Translations under genes and position numbers: made by a program
The notes under the pieces: generated by a model
The model's database searches: none
What the model saw: the letters and a program-made list of their open reading frames with translations, nothing else
Told to the model about the DNA's origin: nothing
NCBI RefSeq assembly: GCF_001194135.2
Contig: NC_068994.1
Span: 43,079,236-43,143,235 of the forward strand
DNA: 64,000 nt
Direction: 5' to 3'
Origin: Octopus bimaculoides
Lineage: Eukaryota
Part shown: positions 36,536 to 50,236 of the stretch, piece after piece
Position numbering within the stretch: position 1 is the stretch's first letter
Layout: each line of letters starts with the position of its first letter

Positions 36536-38910
36536 ATAAATAAAAGAACTATAATGGTGACAGGAAGAGTCATGTGCAGATGAGTCAACCTAGTGTTAGT
36601 CAGCATTGCCAAAGACTGAGCAATTTGTCACAGTCAAAGCACCATGTCACTGACAAAGATACACAACACTCAATGCCAATTCTACATTGAGATAAAAAAG
36701 AAAAAAAGTACACTGTATTTTGTGCAAGTGCAGTATACTGACCTAATCAATGAGATTTAGAGCTCAAATTTACCACTGAGTATAGAAAATGCAATGGGCA
36801 ACCCTATTTTTTTATTAGGCTCTTAACTCACTGTATGAATGAAATTGCAACCAACACTTCTAATAACAATAGGCTATTGAGTATTACTTGCCTACAGTGG
36901 TTTATATAGCAGTACAATGATTCTCAGTATAATGGCTGGTAATGTTGGATCATAGCTAGATGTGAACTAAATATTTTACTATACTTTCAGTCTGGTGACA
37001 TACCAAAAATCTACTGAGGAATAAACACATTTATTCATCCCATATTGTACTTTACATTTCATCTAAGCATTCATTCTGTTTGGGGAATTACAGAGAATTT
37101 CTTTAAGCGTTGATAAATTATTCTGCAAAATTGTTCTCGGGCAAAAGTCATATAAAGTATTCTTAATAAAATTATGCAAGTGTGTTTCAGCTTTATGGAA
37201 CAATATATTCATTCTGTTTTTGTAAGATGTGCATATTTAACCTCTTCAGAGCTTCCCACCAACTATCTTCTGTGCATTGTCTAAGATATTCCAATCATTG
37301 TCAGAGGTCAAGGGATGAAAATAGTGTTCAAAATAGAAACAAACAGGTTTAACATAGACATAAATTATCTGTAACCTTTATGTCCCAAGCCAATAATGCA
37401 CAAAATCATCTAGCCAGAAATGTTCATAGCATCATTCATACTGTTCAATATGTCAGTCAGTGAATGGTTGTTCATATTTTCACTGATTTTTAGTTTCTCT
37501 TATATATATATATATATATATATATNNNNNNNNNNNNNNNNNNNNNNNNNNNNNNNNNNNNNNNNNNNNNNNNNNNNNNNNNNNNNNNNNNNNNNNNNNN
37601 NNNNNNNNNNNNNNNNNNNNNNNNNNNNNNNNNNNNNNNNNNNNNNNNNNNNNNNNNNNNNNNNNNNNNNNNNNNNNNNNNNNNNNNNNNNNNNNNNNNN
37701 NNNNNNNNNNNNNNNNNNNNNNNNNNNNNNNNNNNNNNNNNNNNNNNNNNNNNNNNNNNNNNNNNNNNNNNNNNNNNNNNNNNNNNNNNNNNNNNNNNNN
37801 NNNNNNNNNNNNNNNNNNNNNNNNNNNNNNNNNNNNNNNNNNNNNNNNNNNNNNNNNNNNNNNNNNNNNNNNNNNNNNNNNNNNNNNNNNNNNNNNNNNN
37901 NNNNNNNNNNNNNNNNNNNNNNNNNNNNNNNNNNNNNNNNNNNNNNNNNNNNNNNNNNNNNNNNNNNNNNNNNNNNNNNNNNNNNNNNNNNNNNNNNNNN
38001 NNNNNNNNNNNNNNNNNNNNNNNNNNNNNNNNNNNNNNNNNNNNNNNNNNNNNNNNNNNNNNNNNNNNNNNNNNNNNNNNNNNNNNNNNNNNNNNNNNNN
38101 NNNNNNNNNNNNNNNNNNNNNNNNNNNNNNNNNNNNNNNNNNNNNNNNNNNNNNNNNNNNNNNNNNNNNNNNNNNNNNNNNNNNNNNNNNNNNNNNNNNN
38201 NNNNNNNNNNNNNNNNNNNNNNNNNNNNNNNNNNNNNNNNNNNNNNNNNNNNNNNNNNNNNNNNNNNNNNNNNNNNNTATATATATATATATATATATAT
38301 ATCTTACTGTGTTTACTGTTATAAAACGTAGATGTGATCTAAACCACCAAATCTCAGATCTATCATTGTAGAACAAATGAAGCTTGTAACAAATGTTTCT
38401 TCTCAGAATCTTTATCGCAGAATCTTTAGTTTTTATGGACATAATTCATTAAAACTCATTTTTGGAGGGATATTTTAGAGATAGATTTGGCAATCAAATT
38501 TTTTTTTTCTTTTGAATTGTTATTCTTTTGTCTGAACTTTATTTTTATTTTTTAAGTAACTTAACATGTTTTTATTTATCTTGTCACATTCTTCATCATG
38601 TTTTACTTACCGAGAAAAGCATTTAAAACAAACACAAACACACATATACACATCATAACATATGCACACATGCTTATACACACGCATACACATACACACA
38701 CACATGTGTGTGTGTGTGTATTTATAAATATCTATCATTATCTATCTATATATATTTATAAACATAAACATTAAAATTTTACTTTCCATTTCTTTTAAAT
38801 TTTGAAACCATTATGTTCTTTGTCTGATGAATGTTATGGCATTTTAAACTGGTGGTAAATGAATCTAATTTACAATGATATTCACTGGCTATACATATAC
38901 ATATACATAT

Positions 38911-38961
<51 letters not shown>

Positions 38962-40639
38962 AGTATACATGCATACAGTATATATGTGCATACACATATA
39001 TATATATGCATATGTGTACATGTATATGTATATACATATACATTACATATGCATATATATATGTATGTATGTATATATGTATATATGTGTGTATATATAT
39101 ATATTTGTGTATACACACACACAAGCATACACACACATACACACACACATACACACACACACACATATATATGAATGAACAAGCATACACACATGCATAT
39201 ACGTGCATAATTATGTATGGGGAGAGTTGTGGGGGAGTTTATGTCCGTGTAGATATGAGCAGAATATTTTGCATATTAAGTGATGCTTTAGATGAGAAAT
39301 AGGATCGATGTACAACATATATAATGTCATGTTAGGGAAAGGAGTTTTACATAGATGCTTACATAAGAGCATCATGGGATACACATCATCTGGGCAGATA
39401 ATTAATTAAATATTATATAGTTAATTAAAAGGACTATTAAAAGTATTGTTAATGCTAAGAACTACTACAGTTCAATAAGAGAATTTAAACAGGAATTGAA
39501 TTTATCGAAGTAATATTCTTAAACTAAACAGATGCAATCAACACAATACACATACTGGTAGGAATATAATATGACTCACATGATAAATACATCATATTCA
39601 GGATTAGGTAGCAAGGGGGATATTATAAGCGATACCCCATAATCTGATAAATAATATGATATTTAAAGGAAATATTTATTTCTAATATATTTACTATATA
39701 TGACAATAGAAATGGGATTATTTTATGTTTATGCTTCATTTTATAAGAAGAAGCATTGGAACTGGGACAGCTTTTACTAACAATCAAAGCTAGGCTGCCA
39801 TACAGACTTGCATTGCTTAAGCCTGAATTTCAATCATGTTACAAATGACAATGTGTGTGTGGGGGGGATGCTATTTCACTTCATTTGCTTTACCTTTTTT
39901 TCTTTTTATGATGGCAGTGGTGGCGGTGGTGGTGGTGGATTTTTGCCCAGTTTACAGTTCCTGGGGTATTTGGCATTGTTGGTATGAGCAATTGTTGGTG
40001 TTTATTCCTAGCTCAGCATTGACCTATGACAAAATGCATTCACAACCTGACATCATTATCACCATCACTACCATCATCACCACCACCACCACCACCACCA
40101 CCACCACCACCACCACCACNNNNNNNNNNTTACCACGTAACTTACAAAGTAAGAAAAATAAGCTTGCAAAAAAGAAAGTGGAAATAGAGTGGTTGGAGGA
40201 AAAGAAAAAAAAAGCCCCCTTGACTGTATTGAGGAGAATTAGTATTCGAGGGGATGAGGGGCAAGAGGTTAGAGTATTGTGAAAGAAGAAGCCTAGTAGA
40301 AGCTGAGTAGCTAGAAGGCTAGTAAGTAGACAGAAGTGGTGGTAGGATGTAGAAGCAGCTCAAGATATAGTGTATCATGAGAGCAGAGATAGAGGGGAAT
40401 AAATGGGGTTGAGATGCATGTGGCATGTGATAGTGAGAGATATGCTTTCACACAGATTCTATCTACCAGATTCACTCACAAGTTATTGGTCATCCCAGTG
40501 GGTGAATAGAAGGCATTTGCAAAAGGCCTGAATGCAATCATGTGCTTGCATAATGAGCTTTTTAACTATACAACCATGCCTGGACATAATTAACCCTTTT
40601 GATATCAACTGACCTGAGACTGACCAGAGACTGACCTTC

Positions 40640-40860
40640 TTTGTGTGTGTTTGTCCTCCATCACTACTTGACAACCGGTGTTGGTGTGTTTATGTTTCTA
40701 TAATTAGCAGTTTAGCAAAAGAGATCGATAAAATAAGTAAGCAGCTTTAAAAACAAAAATAAGCCCCAGGGTTGATTTGTTCGACTAAAACCCTTCGAGG
40801 TGATGCCCCAGTGTGGCCACAGTCAAATGACTGAAAGAAGTAAAAGAATAAAAGAATAGA
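40640..40860 (+). mobile_element. SINE 3' half
   Basis: CTTGACAACCGGTGTTGGTGTGTTTATG...GCCCCAGTGTGGCCACAGTCAAATGACTGAAAGAAGTAAAAGAATAAAAGA. Confidence 0.8.
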
Positions 40861-41351
40861 TGGTCTGTGGGAGTGATGAGTTAATGAAGATTTGGCTGCT
40901 ATTGCTAGCATGTTAGATGGCGATATAATGGTTCCCTCGCTGGTTGATTGCAGAAATATAGAGCCTTAAAGTGACATACTATGAAACCCTTTATAATCTA
41001 ATAAATAAATGCAAAAACTAATTTCTGTGTGTCAGTGTGTCACAGTTAGACCCTCCTTATAATGTTAAATGTTTTTCAAACTAGATGTTGTTAGAATATA
41101 TAAATACAACAGAGAGACAGAAATCTTAGATGACAGAGTTGGTGGTATTTATGCTGCACAAATAGTATTTATTAATATATTATTAATTTTATCAGTGTGT
41201 TAATTATATTTTACTTAAATAACAATATATTTAGTTCGTTTTAAACAAGTAAAATGTAAGGAAACGCACAAAATTCATCTAATTACAATATATTTATGTG
41301 AGCATATTTGTTTGTGTATGTATGTGCATATACTTACTCACATACACATGC

Positions 41352-41400
<49 letters not shown>

Positions 41401-41650
41401 NNNNNNNNNNNNNNNNNNNNNNNNNNNNNNNNNNNNNNNNNNNNNNNNNNNNNNNNNNNNNNNNNNNNNNNNNNNNNNNNNNNNNNNNNNNNNNNNNNNN
41501 NNNNNNNNNNNNNNNNNNNNNNNNNNNNNNNNNNNNNNNNNNNNNNNNNNNNNNNNNNNNNNNNNNNNNNNNNNNNNNNNNNNNNNNNNNNNNNNNNNNN
41601 NNNNNNNNNNNNNNNNNNNNNNNNNNNNNNNNNNNNNNNNNNNNNNNNNN

Positions 41651-41690
<40 letters not shown>

Positions 41691-42377
41691 AAACATGCTG
41701 ACTCATATATACGCACACGCATAATGTAGATTCCTTTCAGAAATTATCAGTGAAACAAATTGCAAATTAAGTGTAAATTTTGAAGAAATCTTTGGAAAGA
41801 GAAAATGATAAATCATTTTTCAGTGATAAAGTTGCAATAAAATATAAATCTTAACGTTAGAAGTAGGCTATAAACCACTCAGAAAGCTATACCAACAAAT
41901 TAAATTAGCTAAAAACATTGTCGATGAAAGAGAAGGTGAATATTTGACGATGAATCTGTCTTTTGCAAAAAGAAAAAATAGAAAAAATTGCAAGCAGTAA
42001 CTATGAGCATGCCATACTTTCAACAATGCAATTTAAAGGGAAGACAATGTTTTAGCAATATTAGGTGTTGAAATTTTCTATGAGAAATGTCATTCATTTA
42101 CTGCTAATCTCTCCTACTGAAGCTTAGAGAAATTAGATTTCTCTAACATGAACATTAAGAGAGATAACAAGCAAGGTGAAAAAAAAAACTGCTGTCATGA
42201 AGAATAGAATAGAATCAATCATTAAATCCATATAAAGAGAAGAAATTACAAAATAATATATCTGCGAAAGATCACTTCAAAGATATGTTAAGATGTTACT
42301 GGCTCTAGTAAATGTGTGTGCATATGTGTAAGTGTCTATGTAAGCATATATGTGTGTGCATGTATGGATGCATGTAT

Positions 42378-42427
<50 letters not shown>

Positions 42428-42736
42428 TTTAATATATGAATATATATAGGTATTTATATATATGTATATATATGTGTGTATGTATATATATGAATATATA
42501 TACACATGCATATATTATGTATATCATATATATATTAGTGTGTGTGTGTATGTGTGTATACATGCATATATATATATATATATATATATATGGGCATAAA
42601 TATTTTATGAAAGTCACTCAAAGGCTGAAATTCTGTGGTGACACTCATTGCATTGAAACTAATATAAAAGCAGACATATTCATGTGTTGAGTTCTGTTTC
42701 CTCTGTTTGTTCAACATATGTGTGTGCGTGTATATA

Positions 42737-42821
<85 letters not shown>

Positions 42822-43059
42822 CATTGTTCAGTTTTATTTCACAATTTCTTGCCAATAGAGAAAAAGCGAGTTTCTAACCTAGATTCAAGGCTCCTTCATT
42901 GGAATTTCAGCATCAACAACAGAGTATTTTTGTTTGTATGTATGTATATGTTTTGCTTCATACATGTATTCTTGTTTATATAGTTGCATATCTAGACATA
43001 TATATATTTAGATGAAAATTTCTGGTATGTTTTATAGATTTTTATAGTTCCAATGATGA

Positions 43060-43960
43060 AATGGATCAGTAGTCTTTAGATTAGCTTTTTTCTTTTTGGT
43101 TTGGAGGAGCCTAATTTCTCAAGATTGGTGTTTAGGCAGCATGTTACATATCCCAGCACCCCAATAATTAGTAGTATAAGCCTGAACCTGTAATCTGGAT
43201 AGAGTAACTGCAGATTTCTCAATAGTTCAGCGTAGGTATTTTCTTTTACACTGACATTCAGCCTTATGTTAACATCTGCTGGGCAGCTAATTTCCACAAC
43301 TGTGCAGTCTCTCTTCTCTAGCCCAAATCATTATATCAGGTCTATTGTAATTAGAATTTATTGAGGTCTTCACTGGTACATGCCACCTGTACTCCTTTTT
43401 ATTATGAGTGGCTATGACTTATCCCATACTGTGGGTTCTTATTTCTTTGTCCTCGGGGATATCCTTCCAATGGATTTCGTTATTGAGTGTCCTAGCTACA
43501 GCATCATGTCTCATCGGTAGATAATACTCTGATGACATTTTCAGACAACTGCTTATGATGTAGGTGATATCTTCAGTGTTAACTCCATAAAGTCTGCATC
43601 GGTTGTCACATTTTACTGCTTTGCCTGCATCTCTATTCCTTTTGTGCATCAGGTACTTGGTTGATATTTTCTGCTCCTGGATTGCAAACACACAGCCTTC
43701 AAAATGGGAGGTAGTAATCCAGCTATTGGTACATGATAAACTACTTTGATGATCGATGTTACTATCATCTCAGAGCTTTCTACTAACACAACCATGCATA
43801 GTCTTCTGCTCATATAGGCTCATCCTTTCATCTGGTGATACATTGCAGTAGAGCTGTGCAGCTTCTTTGGACATGTATCCTAGGTTATCTGAAAAGAATG
43901 TTGCTCGAGGAGCTGCCTTCCAAGTCTTATGATGTTATCAGCCTCATGTATGCAAACTTG
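43060..43960 (-). pseudogene. R4/Dong-clade (RLE-type) LINE C-terminal relic: CCHC knuckle plus PD-(D/E)xK endonuclease
   Basis: TSHFEGCVFAIQEQKISTK...CRL...EDITYIISSC...MRHDAVA, then NRPDIMIW...CTVVEISCPADVNI...KENTY..L...LYPDYRF...IIGVLG. Confidence 0.9.
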
Positions 43961-43989
43961 GTCAAGGGATGCACTTCAACACTTGGTGG

Positions 43990-44220
43990 TTAAAGGATGT
44001 TGCCGAAGGGATATGGTGTAATGTTCAAAGATACTCTGGGATAAATATAAACGACACTCCTACAATCGAATACTTAGGTATCAGCACAGAATATAATCAG
44101 TGGAACTTTCCTTCAAAAATTTCTGCCAAGTGCAAACATAATAGATCTGACATAGTTATCGGGGACAAAAAGATTATAGTCATGAATAGTTGCAGACATT
44201 AGATATCCCATAGATGTGAC
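43990..44220 (+). pseudogene. Second, more decayed RLE endonuclease fragment in opposite orientation
   Basis: EYNQWNFPSKISAKCKHNRSDIVIGD resembles EY.WN.P.K...KCKHNRPDIVIWD. Confidence 0.65.
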
Positions 44221-44234
44221 AATTGTGCAAGAAG

Positions 44235-44690
44235 GAGAATATCTTTTATATCTTATTTTCTACTTATTTCAGTCACTAGACTGTGGCCATGCTGGGGCAC
44301 TGTCATGAAGAATTTTTAGTCAAACGAATCAACACTAGTACTTTTTATTTTTTTAAGGCTGGCACTTACTTTCTCAGTCACTTTTGTCAAACATCTAAAT
44401 TACAGGGATCTAAACACATCAAAACAAATTGTCAAGTAGTGGTTGGGGACAAACACAAACACAAAAACACACACACACATGTATATACAATGGGTTTCTT
44501 TCAGTGTCTGTCTCCCAAGTTCACTTGCAAGGCTTTGGTAAGCCTGAAGACACTTGAACAATTGTGTGTGGTTGAGAAACTTGCTTCTCAACCACATCAC
44601 CACATGGTATCAAGTTCAAAACTTGGACAAAACTTAGACAAAGTGGATTTGGTAGAGAGGAATGGAAAGAAGCAGAGATGCCCATCATAT
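44235..44690. mobile_element. Minus-strand SINE (44235-44560) joined head-to-head to a plus-strand SINE head (44562-44690)
   Basis: CAGTCACTAGACTGTGGCCATGCTGGGGCAC tail on minus; GTGTGGTTGAGAAACTTGCTTCTCAACCAC head on plus. Confidence 0.65.
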
Positions 44691-45139
44691 ACATACATAT
44701 ACATACATACATATATATATATACTTAGATGCAGGTATGGCTTGGGTACAGGACATTGCAAACAAAACGTAGACAAGAAAATAATAATAACCAGAGTACA
44801 GAAAACACACAAGCCACATAGAGAACATTTTCCTTCATCAGCTACCCCCGTTTAACACTGGCACATATATGTGCATATTGTGGAGTGTTCGTGTCTACTC
44901 TTGTTCTGACATCACATGATGGTTGTAAACAAGCAACATGGTCACACAAATGTCTTACATTTCCAGAGTTCCCTGAAAAATGTCTGGCCATGGGGAAATG
45001 TTATCTTCTTTGGAAATGGTTGAGTTTTGATGCTGCTGAATATCTACCTCTATTAAATCCATGAGACCCATCCAAGCATATAAAAGTGGACATTAAAACA
45101 ATGATGATGATGATGATGATGATAGATAGGTTGATAAAT

Positions 45140-45188
<49 letters not shown>

Positions 45189-45230
45189 NNNNNNNNNNNN
45201 NNNNNNNNNNNNNNNNNNNNNNNNNNNNNN

Positions 45231-45280
<50 letters not shown>

Positions 45281-46294
45281 AGAGAGAAAGAGTGAGAGAG
45301 AGAAAAAGAGCGTTTGAGAGAGAGAGAGAGAGAGAGGGATGCAGATATGTGTGTATGTGTATGTATGCTTTCATGTATATGTATATGTGTACATATCTAT
45401 ATGCATATATATATATTCACATATATGTGTGTGTGCACGTGTATGCATGTGTGTATGTGTATCCATGTGTAAATGCGTTCATGTGTGCTTCTGTGTGTGT
45501 GTATGTGTGTGTGAATGTGAGAGTGTGTGTGTGCATATGTATGTGTGTGTGTGAGTGTGTGTGTGTGTGCGTGTGTGTGTGTGTATGTGTGTGTGTGTGT
45601 TTGTAAATCTGTGCATCTGAGCATGTGTGAACATGGGTATGAACATATGCAATTTACACATATGTAATATTACGTAGATGTTCACTTAAACAGATAGCAA
45701 AGCAACCGTATATTTGAAATCATAAAATATGCATTAGAATTTCAAATAACATAATAGATTCTGTGAACTAGACTTGAATAATGAAATTCCATGCTAATAT
45801 TTTTCTCAGATCACAAAAGCTTAGTTTGGATTTAGCACAGCCTTCATTATGCACTATTGTTCATCATTTGGCATTAAGAAAATATAAAAGAAACTATTAT
45901 AAATTTAGAATTATGAAATGAAATTTCTAAAATACTACAAATGCAAATTAATATGCAATTTGATAATAATAATATCATAATGTTATAACACTTTCATGTT
46001 AAGAATTTATGAGATCTAAGGGAAAATGCCTTCATTAAACATTTTATATAATCCTCCAGTAATTGAATTCTAAGTTCTTTATAATGCATGGCATAAATCT
46101 CTCATTATGGTAGGTTTCAAATTGGAAATTTCAAATTTACATATGCTGTACAGTATTGAGTTTATTATTTTTTTCCTACTCAAAATCTGAATCCAAATGT
46201 GTGAGGAAAATCACATTATTTCCATATCCTTAAATAAGCACATTCATTTAGTATGAAACATCATCAAGAAAAGGACAGTCCCATATATAGGTAT

Positions 46295-46366
<72 letters not shown>

Positions 46367-46419
46367 GTATACACACACACACATGCTGCACACACACACA
46401 CACACACACAAACATCTTT

Positions 46420-46627
46420 TCATCTTTCAATCATCAGACTGTGGCCATACTGGAGCACTGCCTTGAAGAATTTTACTCGAACAAATCAACCCCACCACTT
46501 ATTTTTTTGGAGTCTGGTACTTACTCTATTGGTCTACTTTGGTGAGCCACTAAGTTATGGGACATAAACACATCAACACCTGTTGTCAAGCAATGGTGTG
46601 GGGTAAACACACACATACACACACACG

Positions 46628-46695
<68 letters not shown>

Positions 46696-46785
46696 TGGCT
46701 TCTTTCAGATTTTGTCTACCGAATCCACTCACTAGTCTTTGCTCAGCTCAAGGCTATAGTAGAAGAGACTTGCCCAAGGTATGCA
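46420..46785 (-). mobile_element. CORE-like SINE with expanded internal (CA)n/(CG)n tract
   Basis: GACTGTGGCCATACTGGAGCAC tail, ~85-bp CA/CG tract, GCTATAGTAGAAGAGACTTGCCCAAGG core. Confidence 0.85.
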
Positions 46786-46951
46786 TTTCTCCTTATCTCC
46801 TTTTCACATATTTGTTTTGCTACTATTTCGCTGAATATCCTACCCAAATTTAGGATAGTGTTTCAAACCCTTGCTTCGTTTGTAGATTTTCCAATGAACA
46901 CTACATACCAAAGAAAAGATTGATGATTGTAATTTTATTCTTTTTCTTTGT

Positions 46952-46983
<32 letters not shown>

Positions 46984-47790
46984 TGCTGCCCTCATCATGC
47001 ATAATGCTCATGCTGTAGATCATAGATTATATTATGATTGAAGAGACACTCACTAATTGCTTCCAAAATACACAAGTATTAATGCATCCAATTAGAGAAT
47101 TGTAACCAGCTAGAGTCTCTTATATGCCGTCTTTCTGCAATAATAGTGCATGCATAAGTCTATTTAGAAATGGTGGAGGCAGGCTTGAGAATGTTCATAT
47201 TCCATTAGAAACATGATTTGATTTCTCTCTATAATACAAAAAGGCCAGAAATATGAAGCATAATGTGTTGTATGGCAAGGAACAATGGAGCATGAATCCA
47301 GAGGGTGTGCATAAATTGAGAGAGAAATTAAGTATGATGTACTAGATTTGTAATGTCAAGTTAAAAAAGAAAGCTTAAGTGCAATTAAATTGAGGAAGCT
47401 ACACATCAAACAGCATTGATAGATTTGAGCCAGAGATAACTGCTCCAGATTTTGGGTTGCTACTTAGAATGGCTGATAAAGGCAAAGTAAAATATACCAC
47501 ACGGTTCCATGTGAAGATTCTCAGATCAGAGGTTGGCTAAGAGAGTTAGAGGAAAATAATAGAATTTATAGGATTATTTGATAGTTTCACTTGCTGCAAG
47601 GTAGGAAGAATCTGATATTATGAGAGAGAAATAAAGTTATTTTACATCTATGTCATTGTCAACATCTTTAGCAATAAAAAAATTGTATAGTCACTTTGGT
47701 TATGACAGCTGAACTTATCAAACCCTTTTTAAAATTCCTAACGATTAAATATGGCTATTGTAGACCATCATTAGTTTTCTTAGATTTCAG

Positions 47791-47806
47791 ATGTTACTCT
47801 AGGGAG
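47791..47806 (+). other. Candidate 16-nt microexon
   Basis: ttttcttagatttcag|ATGTTACTCTAGGGAG|gtaagt. Confidence 0.2.
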
Positions 47807-48438
47807 GTAAGTTTGAGCTGAAATGAAAACATTTGACTTATCAGAAGAGATACTTGCAGAAACAGAAACAGAGTGAGATATCTGGAGAGTTATTGAATTC
47901 CAAAACCTTCCAACTCATCAAGATAGTGGTAAATCAATGAAGATAATGATCTACCTACAAAACATGAATACTATGGGGGATTTAGTTTCTTGCATTCAGA
48001 CCATATTTTCTTCTTGAACAATTTACTTCACACATAGTCAATAATTTCTCCTTACCTCTTATGTGAATTTTAAACTTGGACAAGTGAAAGCTCACATTGT
48101 GTATTCTTAATTACAGTCAGGGAAAAGGGGAAGATTGTAGGAACATCGTGCTGAACTCTACCAAGAGGAAAACATAAAACCAGAATGTTTTACAGATAAT
48201 AAAGAGTAACATCAGTAACTTTGTTCATGTTCTCTTCCAATTACATTCTTGCTTCAATCTGAACAATTTGCCCTCAAGTGCCTACATGTTAAGTTTATAA
48301 CAGTTTACATAAACTCCTATTAAATTTCATAAACCCATTTCAAATGTTTATCAATATATGTACTCAGTAACTATGTCTACATTGAAAACTATTCCATTTG
48401 AACTAATGGGATTGTCTCTGTTAGTATGTTTTACTTAC

Positions 48439-48480
48439 GAGAAATAGGAGGGAAACCTCCATTAAATCATGTCCTACCAT
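48439..48480 (-). CDS. Candidate 42-nt exon MVGHDLMEVSLLFL
   Basis: tatcctttattttctaag| acceptor, |gtaagt donor, one open frame. Confidence 0.2.
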
Positions 48481-50202
48481 CTTAGAAAATAAAGGATACA
48501 TTAAATAATATGAACACATACAACTATCCTCAGAGAAAAATGGAATAGTAGCAGCTGGAGTAGATTTGTTTATAGACATACTGGATCAGGATTCATTTGT
48601 AGACAAAAAACATTAACTACTGAATAGTCACACATTTATTGATCATCTTTTATTTACAAATGGGTTGATCAGAGAAAAGTACTTTTTAGTACAAATTGGC
48701 CAATCAGATAAGAGTACTATAAATCCAGTGAGTTCTGTTGGCCAATTGACTGGTATTCTTTTTTTTATTTTTTGGTGGGTAGTGGGGAGGTACTTCTCTA
48801 CAGTATATTAACCATCCTTTACAGTTTTCTAATCATCATTTTTTCACATCAATATTTCCATGTTTGTAAGGGTCAGACAGAATTTTTTGAGGCAGAATTT
48901 GAACAGCAACCATGATGATATTGTGGGGCTCGTTGACAGAAATAGCCAACAGGCTAATCAGAAACTACTGATGATTGTTACATCATGATAAACCAAATAG
49001 TAAAAGAAAACAAAAAACAGAACAAAAAGAAAAATAAGGCTAAGAAATTATAGAACATTTGTCCAAATTTAGAATGAGAGATTCTTTGAGTTTTTGTTAG
49101 TTTTTTTTTTGGTGGGGGGATTTTTTTTTCTATTTTGCTTTGATTAGGTTGCTTGGTCAACTTCCTTTGGTGGTTGGATCAGAATAGTAAAGTCTGATGT
49201 CTTACAGACAAACTGTGTGTACTCCTAGAGCAACATTTTGTCAATGGTTGACTTGAGATTAAAATGGATTCTGCACTTACTGGCAATATAAGGGAATATC
49301 TTCATTCTTTTGGACCACACTATACAGTAAACATTTAGCTTTCCTCCAATGTCTATGCAGTCACTACACCAAACAAGGCATAACTAAATATCTTAACTTT
49401 TTATTGCAACTATATACACACACAAACATACACTCACACGCATGTACATGTGTGAGTATGTGTGTATACACACACACACATTCTTACATGCACTTAGATA
49501 CATACATTCATATAAATATATAAGGATATGTGTGTGTGTGTGTATGTCTGTAACAGTGTTTGTGTGAGTACTAACTGTACCATAAAAACCTTAACATGTT
49601 TTTACTGTTGCAGTTAAAACAAATAATGATTTCTTAGTCAGATGTATAGCGTAAGAGAAATGAAGTTATTTGACGTCTATGCCATTTTCAACATCATTAG
49701 CAATAGAAATGGAGGTAAATGGCTATGACTTCCATTGCTTCCTGTTATGAATTTGGTGCCGCCATCTTCACTGGTTTATCGACTGTTAAAAGAAAGCTGT
49801 CACCCACACAGCATGGTCCTTAACCACAACTGAGAAGAATTACTGTCAGAAAGGAACTTTTCCCATTATCTTACAATAAAATGTACCATAAAACACTATA
49901 TATTTGTCATTTCACCTGAATAGCTGCAGCCCACAAATCTTAGTTGGTAATGGTAGAGTAAAAAAAAAAAAATGACTTCCCTATATATCTTATATGTTCT
50001 GCCAAAGTGAGTCCCCTTTACGTGGTCTTTCAGTTTCCTAGAAATAGCAGAGAAATCTTCTTTAAATCACATCTTTGTTTTAAAAAAAGAAAAACACATT
50101 AGATAATGCAGTTCTTAGTACATGTATTCAGAAATGGTGGCTGGAATACTTTTGAGCATAGATTTGCTCAATGAGGTTTGTTCTGTTGATCTATAGCTAG
50201 AG

Positions 50203-50236
<34 letters not shown>

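Noticed and set aside
39366-39392. 27-nt minus microexon candidate (DDVYPMMLL)
   Set aside because: Splice-like hexamers occur dozens of times by chance in 64 kb; no supporting context.
44800-44845. CTGATGA..GAAA on minus, suggestive of a hammerhead ribozyme core
   Set aside because: Only 2 nt between CUGAUGA and GAAA and no stem I/III pairing found.
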